Of a stretch of DNA of 59,478 nucleotides, positions 48,851 to 59,478 are shown in pieces. The notes under the pieces were generated by a model, which saw only the letters and a list, made by a program, of their open reading frames with translations, did no database searches and was not told where the DNA came from. This DNA comes from Octopus sinensis (Eukaryota). The number at the start of each line of letters is the position of its first letter. Position 1 is the stretch's first letter. The position numbers were made by a program, and so were the translations under genes. Location: positions 1 through 59,478 of the forward strand of contig NW_021832588.1 in assembly GCF_006345805.1 (NCBI RefSeq), read 5' to 3'.

Positions 48851-49528
48851 GCAACAAAATGTAGCGGCTTTAGAGAATTTTATGTAAGAAGACTATATCG
48901 CACATAAAATCATCTTTCTAGTGTTTCTAAATTTTGCGACCACAATACTGCCCAGCCTATATCTAATTAGAAAATTTTATTGGATGTTATTTAATGTCTA
49001 ATTTGTACTAATTGACTGATGTTGTTAATAGTAAAATATTCTATACAAGAAAATTATTCATTTGTTAAAAAAAATAAAAGAATTATTTTCTTTGGTTAGT
49101 AACTGTGACAGACCTGCAGTAGATGAGAGCACATCTTTGATGAGGGCATAAATGTTAAACACCAGAACTCTGGAAAATGATATGATTGACTGATCAAAGA
49201 ACTTCTCGAACAATCGATTAGTAATCGGTTAATTCTTAAACTAGTTGACTAATAACAACAATAATAGCAATAACAACGACCACGATGACCACCACGACCA
49301 CCGCAACCACCGCCGCCACGACCACGACCACCACAACCACCGCCGCCACGACCACCACGACCACCACCACTACCGCTGCCACGACGACGACAATAACAAC
49401 AAGAATAATCCTTTCTACTATAGGCACTAGACCTGAAAATTTGGGGGAGGGGGAACTTGTCGATTACATCGACTAAGCACTCAGTTGGTACTTAGTCCAT
49501 CGACCCCGGTGGGATTTGAAATAATAAC

Positions 49529-49571
<43 letters not shown>

Positions 49572-49592
49572 ATAATAATAATAATAATAATA

Positions 49593-50860
49593 GAAGCAAA
49601 ATGGGTATAGATGTAAGAGCGGAGAGACGAAGGATCTATTACCGATCGATAAGACTATCCTGGCTGATTGCAAGTAGAGGCACACAAATTTGGCGATGGC
49701 ATGGGTGGATTACAGGAAAGCATATGATATGGTCTCACACTCGTGAATTATTAAATGCCTTAAACTACTTAAGGTCTCACAAAATATCCTGAAGCTAGTA
49801 CAAAACTCAATGACAATGTGGCGAACTGAACTGACAGGAGAGGTAAATATCAAAAGAGGAATCTTTCAAGGGGACGATCTGTCGCCTCTCCTATCTGTTG
49901 TTTGTATACTGCCACTTACGTGCGTTTTAAGAAAGATGCATGTGGGGTACGTGCTAGGCAGGGTGAAAGTAGACAACCTGTAGTTTATGGATTACCTAAA
50001 GCTATTCGTTAAGACTGAAAAAGAAACTGAGAGTTTGACGGCAGCTGTGCAGATGATTAGCAAAGATATTGGCATGGAATTTGGGATCGAGAAATGTGGT
50101 GTAATGATTCTGAAAAGGGGAAAATCAACAAAAGCCATGGGAACAAAAGCTGGAAAGTGGTAAAACTATAAGGGAAGTTGGAGAGGAAGGATATCAATAC
50201 CTGGGTATCATTGAAAGAAATAAGATGAATGAACAAGGAAAGACTATTTGAGGATAACTCGGGTTGTGCTCCATTCGATGCTAAATGGCTGCTATAAGAT
50301 TAGAGCTATTAACACGTGGGCTGCTGTTTTGATGAGATATGGGGCAGGAATAGTATCTTGGAAGAAGCATGAATTACAAGAGATAGACCGGGGAACACGT
50401 AAATTAATGACAACGAACAAGGAACTAGACCCCAAGAGTGATGCGTCAAGATTATATGTAAAGATGAGGGAGGGAGGACGGGGATTAGTGTGTAGTGAAG
50501 GTTGTGTAAAAGAAGCGGGGAATAGCCTGGCTTGGTATGTGAAGGGGAGTAAAGAAGAAATAATTGAAGCAGTGAAAATGTAGGGAACCAAGCCGTAGAT
50601 CTGACACAATTTAAGAAAGACTAGAGAGAGCAGATGAAGAAAATTTCGCAGGACAAGAAAATGCACAGTCTGATCTTGAAAAATAAAGATGAGATTGATT
50701 GGGATAGAACCTGGCAATGGCTGCAGAAAGGAGACTTAAAAGGGCCCACTGAGACATTAGTGTGCAGCTCTCAAGAACAAGCTCTCAGAACAAACTACTC
50801 CAAATATCACATTCGATGTGATATTTCGCTGCACATTGTTACCATTGCGAGTCAGTGCAC
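49593..50860 (+). pseudogene. Decayed RT fragment of a second R4/Dong-type LINE lineage
   Basis: IDKTILADCK*RHTNLAMAWVDYRKAYDMV, IKRGIFQGDDLSPLL, FMDYLKL, MEFGIEKC, SRLYVK.REGGRGL, KGDLK..TETLVCSSQEQALRTNY; starts right after (TAA)n. Confidence 0.88.
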
Positions 50861-50909
50861 CAATGTACATCTACCACACATATTTTTTCCAACAAATCAA
50901 GCAATCGGT

Positions 50910-51160
50910 TAAATTGAGGTAGCTGGTGGCTCTCCATCCATCGCGCAGCAATGAGTTGCCTCTTCTTATTCTCTCCGTTCGCTTCAATGAAAGAAATTTT
51001 ATCATTTCAGGGACAACAATTTGAAACGCGGCGAAAGCAGTTATAAGGAAGTGAGTGCAGTAGTGCATACTTGAATTTTTTCAAATCGGATCAAAGGTTC
51101 GCCTTTAACAATGGTGCAAATGCATACCTTATGGTGGAGAATATGTTTATGCAGTAACTC
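50910..51160 (+). pseudogene. Highly decayed mariner transposase C-terminus
   Basis: SMKEIL...GQQFE and FFQIG...WCKCIPYGGEYV resemble the mariner C-terminal G.....RW.KC....GEY motif. Confidence 0.4.
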
Positions 51161-51223
51161 TGTTTCGAGATGTCTGTGCGCCAAAATGTGCAATTTCAAC
51201 GATTTTTGTAAAATGATAAAATA

Positions 51224-51423
51224 ACTCTTTTACTTGTTTCAGTCATTTGACTGTGGCCATACTGGAGCACCACCTGTAGTCGAGCAAATCGACCCCAGGA
51301 TTTATTTTTTGTAAGCCTAATATTTATTCTATCGGTCACTTTTGCCGAACCACTAAGTCACGAGGATGTAAACACACCAGCATCGGTTGTCAAGCGATGT
51401 TGGAGGGATAAACACAGGTACAC

Positions 51424-51500
<77 letters not shown>

Positions 51501-51673
51501 ACACGCACATATATACGACGGGCTTTTTTCAGTTTCCGACTACCAAGTATACCCACAAGGCTTTGATCGGCCCGCGGCTATAGTAGAAGACACTTGCCCA
51601 AGGTGCCACGCAGTGGGACTGAACCCGGAACCATGTGGTTGGTAAGCAAACTAATTACCACACAGCCACTCCT
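51224..51673 (-). mobile_element. SINE family A, full-length, expanded internal (CA)n
   Basis: All modules in antisense. Confidence 0.9.
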
Positions 51674-51725
51674 CTCATGTATGCGTTTATGTATATACGC
51701 ATATATTATGTACATGGCGCTCCGA

Positions 51726-51802
51726 AGCTCCGATGAAGCTCTATGTCCCCCAGACTATTAACTGAGTCCACTACATTTTTATAGCAGAAACAACTGTAGG
51801 CT
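51726..51802 (+). ncRNA. Degenerate hammerhead-like remnant
   Basis: AGCU-CCGAUGA-A-GCU...AGC-A-GAAAC-AACU-GUA^GGCU. Confidence 0.35.
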
Positions 51803-51954
51803 AACACACACACACACACACACACATACACACACACACAAACACACACACATACACACACACGCATGTAATGATGCTTTATTGATGGTAACGTATATAC
51901 GAATCTAAAATGTAGATTTATTCAAGAATCCTTATAGATTTTTTTTTTTTTTTT

Positions 51955-52353
51955 TACTTGTTTCAGCCATTTGACTGCGGCCATGCTGAAGCACCGCCTT
52001 TAATCGAGCAAATCAACCCCAGGACTTATTCTTTTGTAAGCCCAGTACTTATTTCATCGGTCTCTTTTGCCGAAACCGCTAAGTAACGGGGACATAAACA
52101 CACCAGCATCGGTTGTCAAGCAATGCTAGGGGGACAAACACAGACACACAAACACATACACACACACACATATATATATATATATACATATATACGACAG
52201 GCTTCTTTCAGTTTCCGTCTACCAAAAGCCACTCACTTTAGTCGGCCCGAGGCTATAGTAGAAGACACTTACCCAAGGTGCCACGCAGTGGGACTGAACC
52301 CGGAACCATGTGGTTGGTAAACAAGCTACTTACCACACAGCCACTCCTGCGCC
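51955..52353 (-). mobile_element. SINE family A, full-length
   Basis: All modules in antisense; head GGCGCAGGAGTGG. Confidence 0.9.
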
Positions 52354-52689
52354 TATTAATCTATTTCAAAAATCGAAGCTTATTATCAAAAGATTACCAG
52401 CTTCGGTTTGTGGAACATACTTGTCTCCGTAAGGCTTCTTGAATAAAACTACATTTTGGATTAGAAGCTACTTGATAATTCTTTTATAATTGCTTGTTCC
52501 AAAGAGTTCTTTGGTTAGCTCTTGTCCATCTTCGGAATGTATATGTATCCTTATACATACATACATACATACATACATAGATACATACATACATACATAC
52601 ATACATACATACATACATACATACATACATACATACATACATACATACATACATACATACATACATACATACATAAACATATGTTCACA

Positions 52690-52907
52690 TACGAGGGTGC
52701 GCTGAACCGTTTCTGGCTCTGGGTAAAAGAAAATATAGAAGGATCAGTTAATTATGATTTTATTCAACCTATTTCTGTCAGATTCGCACACTTATTGCAG
52801 CAGTCCTTCGGTGTTAGTAAGCCATGTAAAAGATCTCGGAAGTTTGGGCCCCCAGCCAGGCCTGTCGCAATACCCTTACAGCCAGGAACTTTTGACTACT
52901 CTCTCAT

Positions 52908-52908
<1 letters not shown>
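52690..52908. mobile_element. Mariner-derived MITE
   Basis: Degenerate TIRs TACGAGGG...CTGGCT / AGCCAG...CTCATA (19/29 including TA); interior resembles the antisense transposase C-terminus. Confidence 0.65.
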
Positions 52909-52943
<35 letters not shown>

Positions 52944-53023
52944 GTGTGTGTGTGTGTGTCTTTGTCCCCATCACCGACTGGATACTTGTACAAGAATATA
53001 TATGTATATATAAGAACATATAT

Positions 53024-53112
<89 letters not shown>

Positions 53113-53123
53113 CTGAGAGAAAG

Positions 53124-53154
<31 letters not shown>

Positions 53155-53354
53155 GAGAGAGTTTTAAAGATCCAATAGAAGCAGAATCAACAAAAATACT
53201 TCATTCAGTAACAAATAAATATCAATTTAAATGCACAACCGAATGAGCTACTAATAGTTTCATCTTATTATGATACTTAAACAGGCATATGCGTATAATA
53301 CGCCTTGTACTTAAAACAATCTTCTAAGCTCTGTTTATGCCTATATATATATAT

Positions 53355-53784
53355 ATCCTTTTCTACTCGAGGCACAAGGCCTGAAATTTTTAGAAGAGGG
53401 GAACAGTCGATTAGATCGACCCCGGTATGCAACTGGTACTTAATTTATCGAGACCGAAAGGATGAAAGGTAAAGTCGACCACGGCGGAATTTGAACTCAG
53501 AACGTAAAGTCAGACGAAATACCGCTAAGCATTTCGCCCAGTGTGCTAACGTTTCTTATTTCTTTATTGCCCACAAGGGGCTAAACATTGAAGGGACAAA
53601 CAAGGACAGACAAAGAGATTAAGTCGATTGCATCGACCTCAGTGCGTAACTGGTACTTCATTTATCGACCCCGAAAGGATGAAAGGCAAAGTCGACCACG
53701 GCGGAAGTTGAACTCAGAACGTAGCGGCAGACGAAATATCGCTAAGCATTTCGTCCGGTGTGCTAATGTTTCTGCCAGCTCGCT
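53355..53784 (-). mobile_element. SINE family B, dimer with alternative junction, followed by an inverted 68-bp self-copy (53785-53852)
   Basis: Junction AAATAA|GAAACGTTAGC at 53555/53556. Confidence 0.88.
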
Positions 53785-53852
53785 GCACACTTGGCGAAAT
53801 GCTTAGCAATATATCGTCTGACTTTACGTTCTGAGTTCAAATTCCGCCGTGG

Positions 53853-53893
<41 letters not shown>

Positions 53894-54125
53894 TTAAACA
53901 AATAAAGCTAGACAGTAAGAAAATAAACGTGGTAAAAGTTCGAAGAAGGTTGGTACAGACAAAAGTGGATGGAGAGAAAAGTAGCGGTATCAAGACATCA
54001 AAGACCCTCGTCTTCCCTGATTGCAGAAAGCTCATTAAATACAACTGGTTTAGAACAAAATAACAGAAAACATGTCAATGTGTGCGGGACAGCAACTCAT
54101 TCAAGGGAGCTAAAACATAGAAATT

Positions 54126-54315
54126 TGTACGCAGTGCGCGCGTACAGCTAGATACGCCAATAGACTGTCAGCTGTCTTTTGATTGGACGGAGATAATTTT
54201 ACCCTTGACAGTTAAATGCGCGTGCGTATTTGCAGACAGTCTGTATGACTCAGCGCACTTTTGTGTTTTGCGAAGACGCGTTATCATGTGTTTTGGCTTT
54301 CAAGCGTGCACGCTT
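54126..54315. promoter_or_regulatory. CpG-rich promoter/enhancer-like motif cluster
   Basis: CCAAT 54157-54161, ATTGG 54182-54186, CTGTCA/TGACAG 54165 and 54206, CAGCTG 54169, TGCGCGTGCG 54217, TGACTCA 54246, palindrome AAGCGTGCACGCTT 54302-54315. Confidence 0.4.
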
Positions 54316-54407
54316 TTTTTTATTTGAGAAATGAAGGGAATAATTAACGAGTTAGACCAAGTGAATGACAAGAGAGCGGGATTTTCATGAAAGGCCAAAT
54401 ATGCTTG

Positions 54408-54436
54408 ACTAGCACTAGACCCGGCAACGCCGGGTC
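54408..54436 (+). mobile_element. 5' terminus of a Helitron/Helentron-like element
   Basis: ACTAGC plus perfect hairpin GACCCGGC-AAC-GCCGGGTC, same layout as 11666; 3' end not located. Confidence 0.5.
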
Positions 54437-54737
54437 ATTATGTTAGTCTATCTCTCTCTCTAATATAGTTGCTCTTTGGCAAACTCCGTCATACTTTTTA
54501 TTCCATTCATCTTGCTTCAGCTTTCCCTTACTCATTTTAAAAAATTTCCACCACCCTTAACCGTATTTCAAATTTGCAAACATTCTTGTCGATCATCTAT
54601 TTGCTCCCCTCATAGTTGAACAACATTCCTTGTTTTTCAAATTTCCTAGCCTTTTCGTATTTATTGGCTCCCATTCCTGAACGCTTTAACCATACATATC
54701 ATTATTTCATTTGGCAAAATACCTTTCCATACACTCT

Positions 54738-54873
54738 CTTCTTCTTCTTCTTCTTCTTCTTCTTCTTCTTCTTCTTCTTCTTCTTCTTCTTCTTCTTCTT
54801 CTTCTTCTTCTTCTTCTTCTTCTTCTTCTTCTTCTTCTTCTTCTTCTTCTTCTTCTTCTTCTTCTTCTTCTTC
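54738..54873. repeat. (CTT)n microsatellite
   Basis: Pure run of about 45 units. Confidence 0.95.
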
Positions 54874-56706
54874 GCTATTTACATTTTTTCTCTCCCTCTT
54901 TTTGAACGTCTATCAGGAAAGAGTTCGAACGAAAATCTCTGTCTGAAGCATCAAACCTGCCATCTTTTCAGCGCCAAACTAAATAACGCCACTTTTCATC
55001 TCTTTAAACACATTATTTGCCGAATCAAACTGTCCAATTGTTTCTTGAGAGGAGACTTTGTTGTCATTTCGCTTTACATACCTGTATTGTATGATATCTG
55101 TTCAGTTATCCCACAATCACACCATATTATCTATAAAAAAAACAACAAAAAAAAACAACACATTATTGGTTCGCTCCTAGTATTTATGCCGAGCTAAGTA
55201 AATTTCAAAATCGAACCCGTATATTTGAAATACGATTCATAACTCATTTATGTAACTCCTTCCTAACTGCCTCTTCTGAAAATGAGCGACTTATATTACA
55301 ACGAAGCCAAACTTATTCGCATTTATTTTTATATCGTAGACAAGGATTGCATTCTTTACATTCATGGAAGAAAATCCACTTATGTGCTATGTGTGCGTGC
55401 GTTTGTATGCACATACATATATACATATGCAGCACATATGCGAACACTCATATACATGCATATATATATATATATATATATATTACATACATACAAACAC
55501 ACAGACATATGCATACACACTTACACACATACACGCATACGTATATGTATGAACGTTTGATTTAAGTGAGATTGAGTGCATAGTTCAACGTGGCTAGATT
55601 CCAATGGAAAACATTGAACAACTCGAACTTCTCCGCAATTATTGTCTAGACATTAGAATCTAAATCCTTTTCATTCAGTGCAAATTCTGTTGAATTCTTC
55701 CATTCACACAAAGAGTTATTTCAACAGCATTGCTTGACTAATGCATCTTAAAGAATTAACAACGTTTTATCTTGGACCGAACCAGACGCGAAATAAACAG
55801 ATTACTAAAATTTATGCAGGCGTCGCATAGATTTTCATGCTAAACGCTGAAAGTATTCCAATAAAACACACACATTGTCTAAAAGGAAAAGTTTATAAGG
55901 TAACAACAATTTTTAGTCTATGATAAACTGCCTGAGATAATGTCAATTGGAGGGAATCATAAGAAAATGGTAAAAGAAAAAAAATTGTTTATCGCAAAAA
56001 CCGAAATGCTTTCCTACAAGAAATTATCTTCTTTAGACAGTTTATTATGATAGCCAAATAATATAACAATGCATAAATAAATAAGAACAAATGTATATCT
56101 AGAGTATACGGAATAAATCTAAGCTGCGAGAGATTTACTAGAGTGGCACAACGTCTTGTGAATAAGTAAAGTAAATATAACTTTCGATTAGGATTTTAGC
56201 TCTTGCAAAACAGCTTTGCAATTATTGTTTACATAACTGTTACAGTGCTACTACTCAACTGCATACCTAAACAATCTGCACTGCTTACAGACAAAATCCA
56301 TTTAGAGAAGTATTATATCAATTATTGTCCACATGGTTCGTGGGTCGCTTGGAGTTTGTGTGCGAAATATTTATTTCGTATATATTTTCTCAGTACACTA
56401 GCAGTAGAATGAAGGAGGTACTAATATATGTTATAATAGTTACCCAGCAGTGCTTAAGTTTCCTTCGCAGGTGCTGCTTTGTGTCTCATTCAAAAGTGTT
56501 GACGATTGTTACGTATTTGATCGTTTTGATTAGAATGAAAAGCAAAATAGCCTTGGCGCTATTGGATTTCTAAATACGATGGAATGTAAGTATATATCAT
56601 AAAAATTTCGTCCTCAAAATCTTTGGTACAGATACACATCCTGCGATAATCCATTGCAAGTTCACAAACGCTCTGTACAATTTACGGTCCCGACAAAAAT
56701 ATTCTA

Positions 56707-57261
56707 TTGGGTTGTCCGGAAAGTTCGTTCCGATTTTTAAAGGAAAGGAAAAGGTCAATAAATACTTGACATTCCATTTTTAATCAACCAAATATGAACC
56801 ATTTTGTTGCATAATGCATCTCCATCTTTCCTTTAACTTGAAAATACCCACTTCCCAGAATTGAAGTGGTTTCATGGCAAAGAATTCATCAAGGTATCTT
56901 ATTACGTCATCCAAGGAATTGAAATTTTTACCATTAAGACTATTCTGCAGAGACCTGACTAAGTGGAAATCCGAAGGAGCAATATCTGGTGAATATGGAG
57001 GGTGGGGGTAACACATCCCAGCCGAGCTGCAGCAATTTTTGTCTGGTTCCCAAAGCATCAAGTGCCGAAACTGAACTTTTTTATCTTCCATTTTAAAGGG
57101 TTACAGAATTAACGCTGGTTATAGGAACATAAACCTTCTTCCACGAAAAGATAGCTTAAACTGTGTTCTAAATGGAACATATTTTATGGCCTCAACCATG
57201 TTCTAAAATAAGTCGAAAGGTAAGCTGCTATAAATCGGCACAAACTTTCCGGACAACCCAA
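56707..57261 (-). mobile_element. 555-bp internally deleted mariner with both TIRs and TA TSD
   Basis: 30-bp TIRs TTGGGTTGTCCGGAAAGTT(C/T)GT(T/G)CCGATTT (28/30); TA at 56705-56706 and 57262-57263. Confidence 0.93.
56780..57091 (-). pseudogene. Deleted mariner transposase ORF (103 aa, N- and C-termini fused)
   Basis: MEDKKVQFRHLMLWE fused to HPPYSPDIAPSDFHL...GIFKLKERWRCIMQQNGSY. Confidence 0.88.
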
Positions 57262-57368
57262 TATTAACCAAACTAGCTATCTGCGTTCTATTTCTCTCTT
57301 GTGTTATCCTATGAATCTTCATGTCCCTTTTCCGATTCGGCTTTATGTGTCTGAATGTTCCTCTAGAT

Positions 57369-57680
57369 CAGGGGTCCATATAAGATTTTAGAGGACCCCG
57401 CAACTAAATAATAAATTGGGGAGCCACAGTCGTATTTTAAGGGCCTCTAAAAATAGTTTGTTTTATATGTATGTATTGGTATGTATTTTAAGAAACAACC
57501 AGTTCGTTTCTCTAACATTTCACATAGTTCAACTACACATGATAATGTGAAAAAAACAAAATAAGAATTTTAGAAGTTTCTATAAAACTAGCTTTGAAAC
57601 CTCAAATGGTTGTGAGGGGTCTACCAGAATAGAATAGTTATCAAAGGGGCCCATAGGTAAAAGATGGTTGAGTACCTTAG
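57369..57680. mobile_element. hAT (Charlie-like) MITE
   Basis: Starts CAGGGGT, ends GGTTGAGTACCTTAG; 8-bp TSD CTCTAGAT/CTCTAGAC matches the NTCTAGAN target of Charlie-type hATs. Confidence 0.65.
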
Positions 57681-58338
57681 CTCTAGACTCTGCAACAAAC
57701 CTTTTTACTAAATTATTCCAGACCTTTTTTTGCCTGCAGAAGTCATCGTACGGAAGTAAAAACTAAACATTACCTGCGTTGATCTCACTAGCCTTAAAGA
57801 CATACATGTAGAATCCTTAAAATACTTTCCGTATGATATCAATCTGGGACTTGCACAAATCGCATTCCTGAAGCCACCGTTGGTTATATATGAATTTGAA
57901 ACATGGAAGAAGTCTTATCGAAAAAATACCAAAGGTAATATAGCAATTTGGAACATGTAAACGTTGTATCTTTCAAAATACCTTCAGTTGGATATCAATT
58001 TGAAATATTTACAGGTTGAATATTTTAACCAAAATGAAAAACAGAAAAAAAACTCTTTTTATCTCTGCACAGCAATTTCTATATAGCAGCATCTTCCGAA
58101 GAGATAAAATAATTTTTAAAATATTTAGACAAGATAAGGAATTTAGATGCACAGAAGACAGCATCTGTTTACAAACACCATTACGATGGTTCGAATATAT
58201 AAAAAAAAGTAAGTTCTGATATATTTTATAATGATAGAATGGCAGAAAGTATTTAAGTGTAAAGTGGGAACTAGAATCGGTGGAACGTTGGATAAAATGA
58301 GTTCAATTATTCTATTTTCTTTTTATTGCTTTACCTGT

Positions 58339-58339
<1 letters not shown>

Positions 58340-58396
<57 letters not shown>

Positions 58397-58404
58397 TGAT
58401 GATG

Positions 58405-58443
<39 letters not shown>

Positions 58444-58480
58444 CGACGACGACGACGACGACGACGAGGACGACGAAGAC

Positions 58481-58517
<37 letters not shown>

Positions 58518-58528
58518 TGATGATGATG

Positions 58529-58590
<62 letters not shown>

Positions 58591-58610
58591 AACAATGATG
58601 ATGATGATGA
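58340..58610. repeat. (TAA)n-(GAT)n-(GAC)n compound microsatellite
   Basis: Directly visible. Confidence 0.95.
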
Positions 58611-58723
58611 ATTAAATTAAATTAAAGGGTCTGATTAAATAAGTATCAGGCTTCAAAATAATTACCGAGATCTATTAGTTCGAAGAAAATTCCTGAAGGC
58701 GGTGCCTCATTATTATTATTATT

Positions 58724-59101
58724 GAGTGAGAGAGCAGTGCATGCCATCAAAGTGACACTGGGGTAAAATATACGAAGCCCAATATACCCATCATGACTAC
58801 CCGTCTGATAAAGGTACACCAGGCACATGCATCACAACCATATGTGCGCGACATGGTGATCTCATAACAAGATAAACAGCACATGACCTTGCAGGTGGGG
58901 CCCAGTTAGAATTTTCTTCAGGTTGAGTAGCCCATCCCGCTCAAAAGGTCCCTGAATAAGGGTTGTTTAAGGATGTTGAAAGAACCACCCATGTTTCCAG
59001 AGGTGAATTATTCAAACCCCAAAGAATCCCTCTCAACACATGGCTATGATGCTCCCCCACTACTTCTGCTCGTGATCAGAGATGCACATATCGTCAGCCA
59101 C
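58724..59101 (-). mobile_element. Family G, longest copy (378 bp), TAA repeats on both sides
   Basis: Minus strand (AAT)n-GTGGCTGACG...CTCTCTCACTC-(AAT)n; no tRNA boxes, no TIRs, no credible ORF. Confidence 0.82.
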
Positions 59102-59139
59102 TATTATTATTATTATTATTATTATCATCATCATCGCAA

Positions 59140-59445
59140 GGACATAAACCGCTAAGTTACATGGACATAAACACACCATCACTGATTGTCAATCGGTAGT
59201 GGGAGACAACCACAGACACGAAGAAACACACACTCACACAGACACCCAGACACACAGACACACACACACACACACACACATTTATAAGTATACGACTGGC
59301 TACTTTCAGTTTCCGTCAATCAAATCCACTCACAAGCATTTGGTCGGCCCGAGGCTAAAGTAGAAAACAACTGCTGAAGATGCCACGCAGGGGGACTAAA
59401 CCCAGAACAATGTGGTTGGGAAGCAAACTTCTTATCACACTGCCA
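59140..59445 (-). mobile_element. SINE family A, lacking the 3' tail
   Basis: CTTTCAGTTTCCGTC, GGTCGGCCCGAGGCT, GCCACGCAG in antisense. Confidence 0.85.
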
Positions 59446-59478
59446 AACCGGCAACGTTTTTGTAAGTTCTGACCTAAA

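Noticed and set aside
59035-59101. HDV-like or hammerhead ribozyme at the 5' end of family G (GUGGCUG pairs with UAGCCAU with a terminal G-U; CUGACGA...GAAG)
   Set aside because: No P3/L3 with CC or P1.1 GG for HDV; for a hammerhead GAAA is GAAG and no UH triplet lines up with stem I. Probably a plain hairpin.
330-59155. The many ORFs rich in YI/CV/HT/poly-N/poly-L/poly-F/poly-V
   Set aside because: They are translations of (TA)n, (TG)n, (TACA)n, (TAA)n, (CTT)n and (GGT)n microsatellites, which lack stop codons; no domain content.

Overview
AT-rich eukaryotic non-coding DNA. The repeat content (tRNA-headed CORE-type SINEs like the octopus OR1/OR2 families, Dong/R4 LINE, mariner relics, very dense TA/TG/TAA/TACA microsatellites) points to an Octopus genome; this is an inference from the repeats only. 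I recognise no host protein-coding gene, tRNA/rRNA gene or CRISPR array, and nearly all ORFs in the track are microsatellite read-throughs. Recognisable coding sequence is all transposon-derived: a near full-length frameshifted Dong/R4-clade LINE (22655-26641, minus) inside a (TAA)n tract, a decayed second R4 lineage (49593-50860), a CR1-type 3' end, and deleted mariners. Family labels A-G below are my own working names. The most notable signal is RNA-level: several small repeat families carry minimal type I hammerhead ribozyme folds of the Penelope-like-element (PLE) kind. These include a tRNA-headed SINE with a hammerhead tail (family D, 2 copies) and a TA-targeting family whose 3 copies share a non-canonical CUGUNGA core (family E). 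Also present: a TAA-embedded ORF-less 378-bp element (family G), multimeric SINE arrays (family B), a ~0.5-kb-arm palindrome with a template-switch signature, and several foldbacks. All alignments and folds were done by eye; SINE boundaries are approximate (about +/-10 bp).
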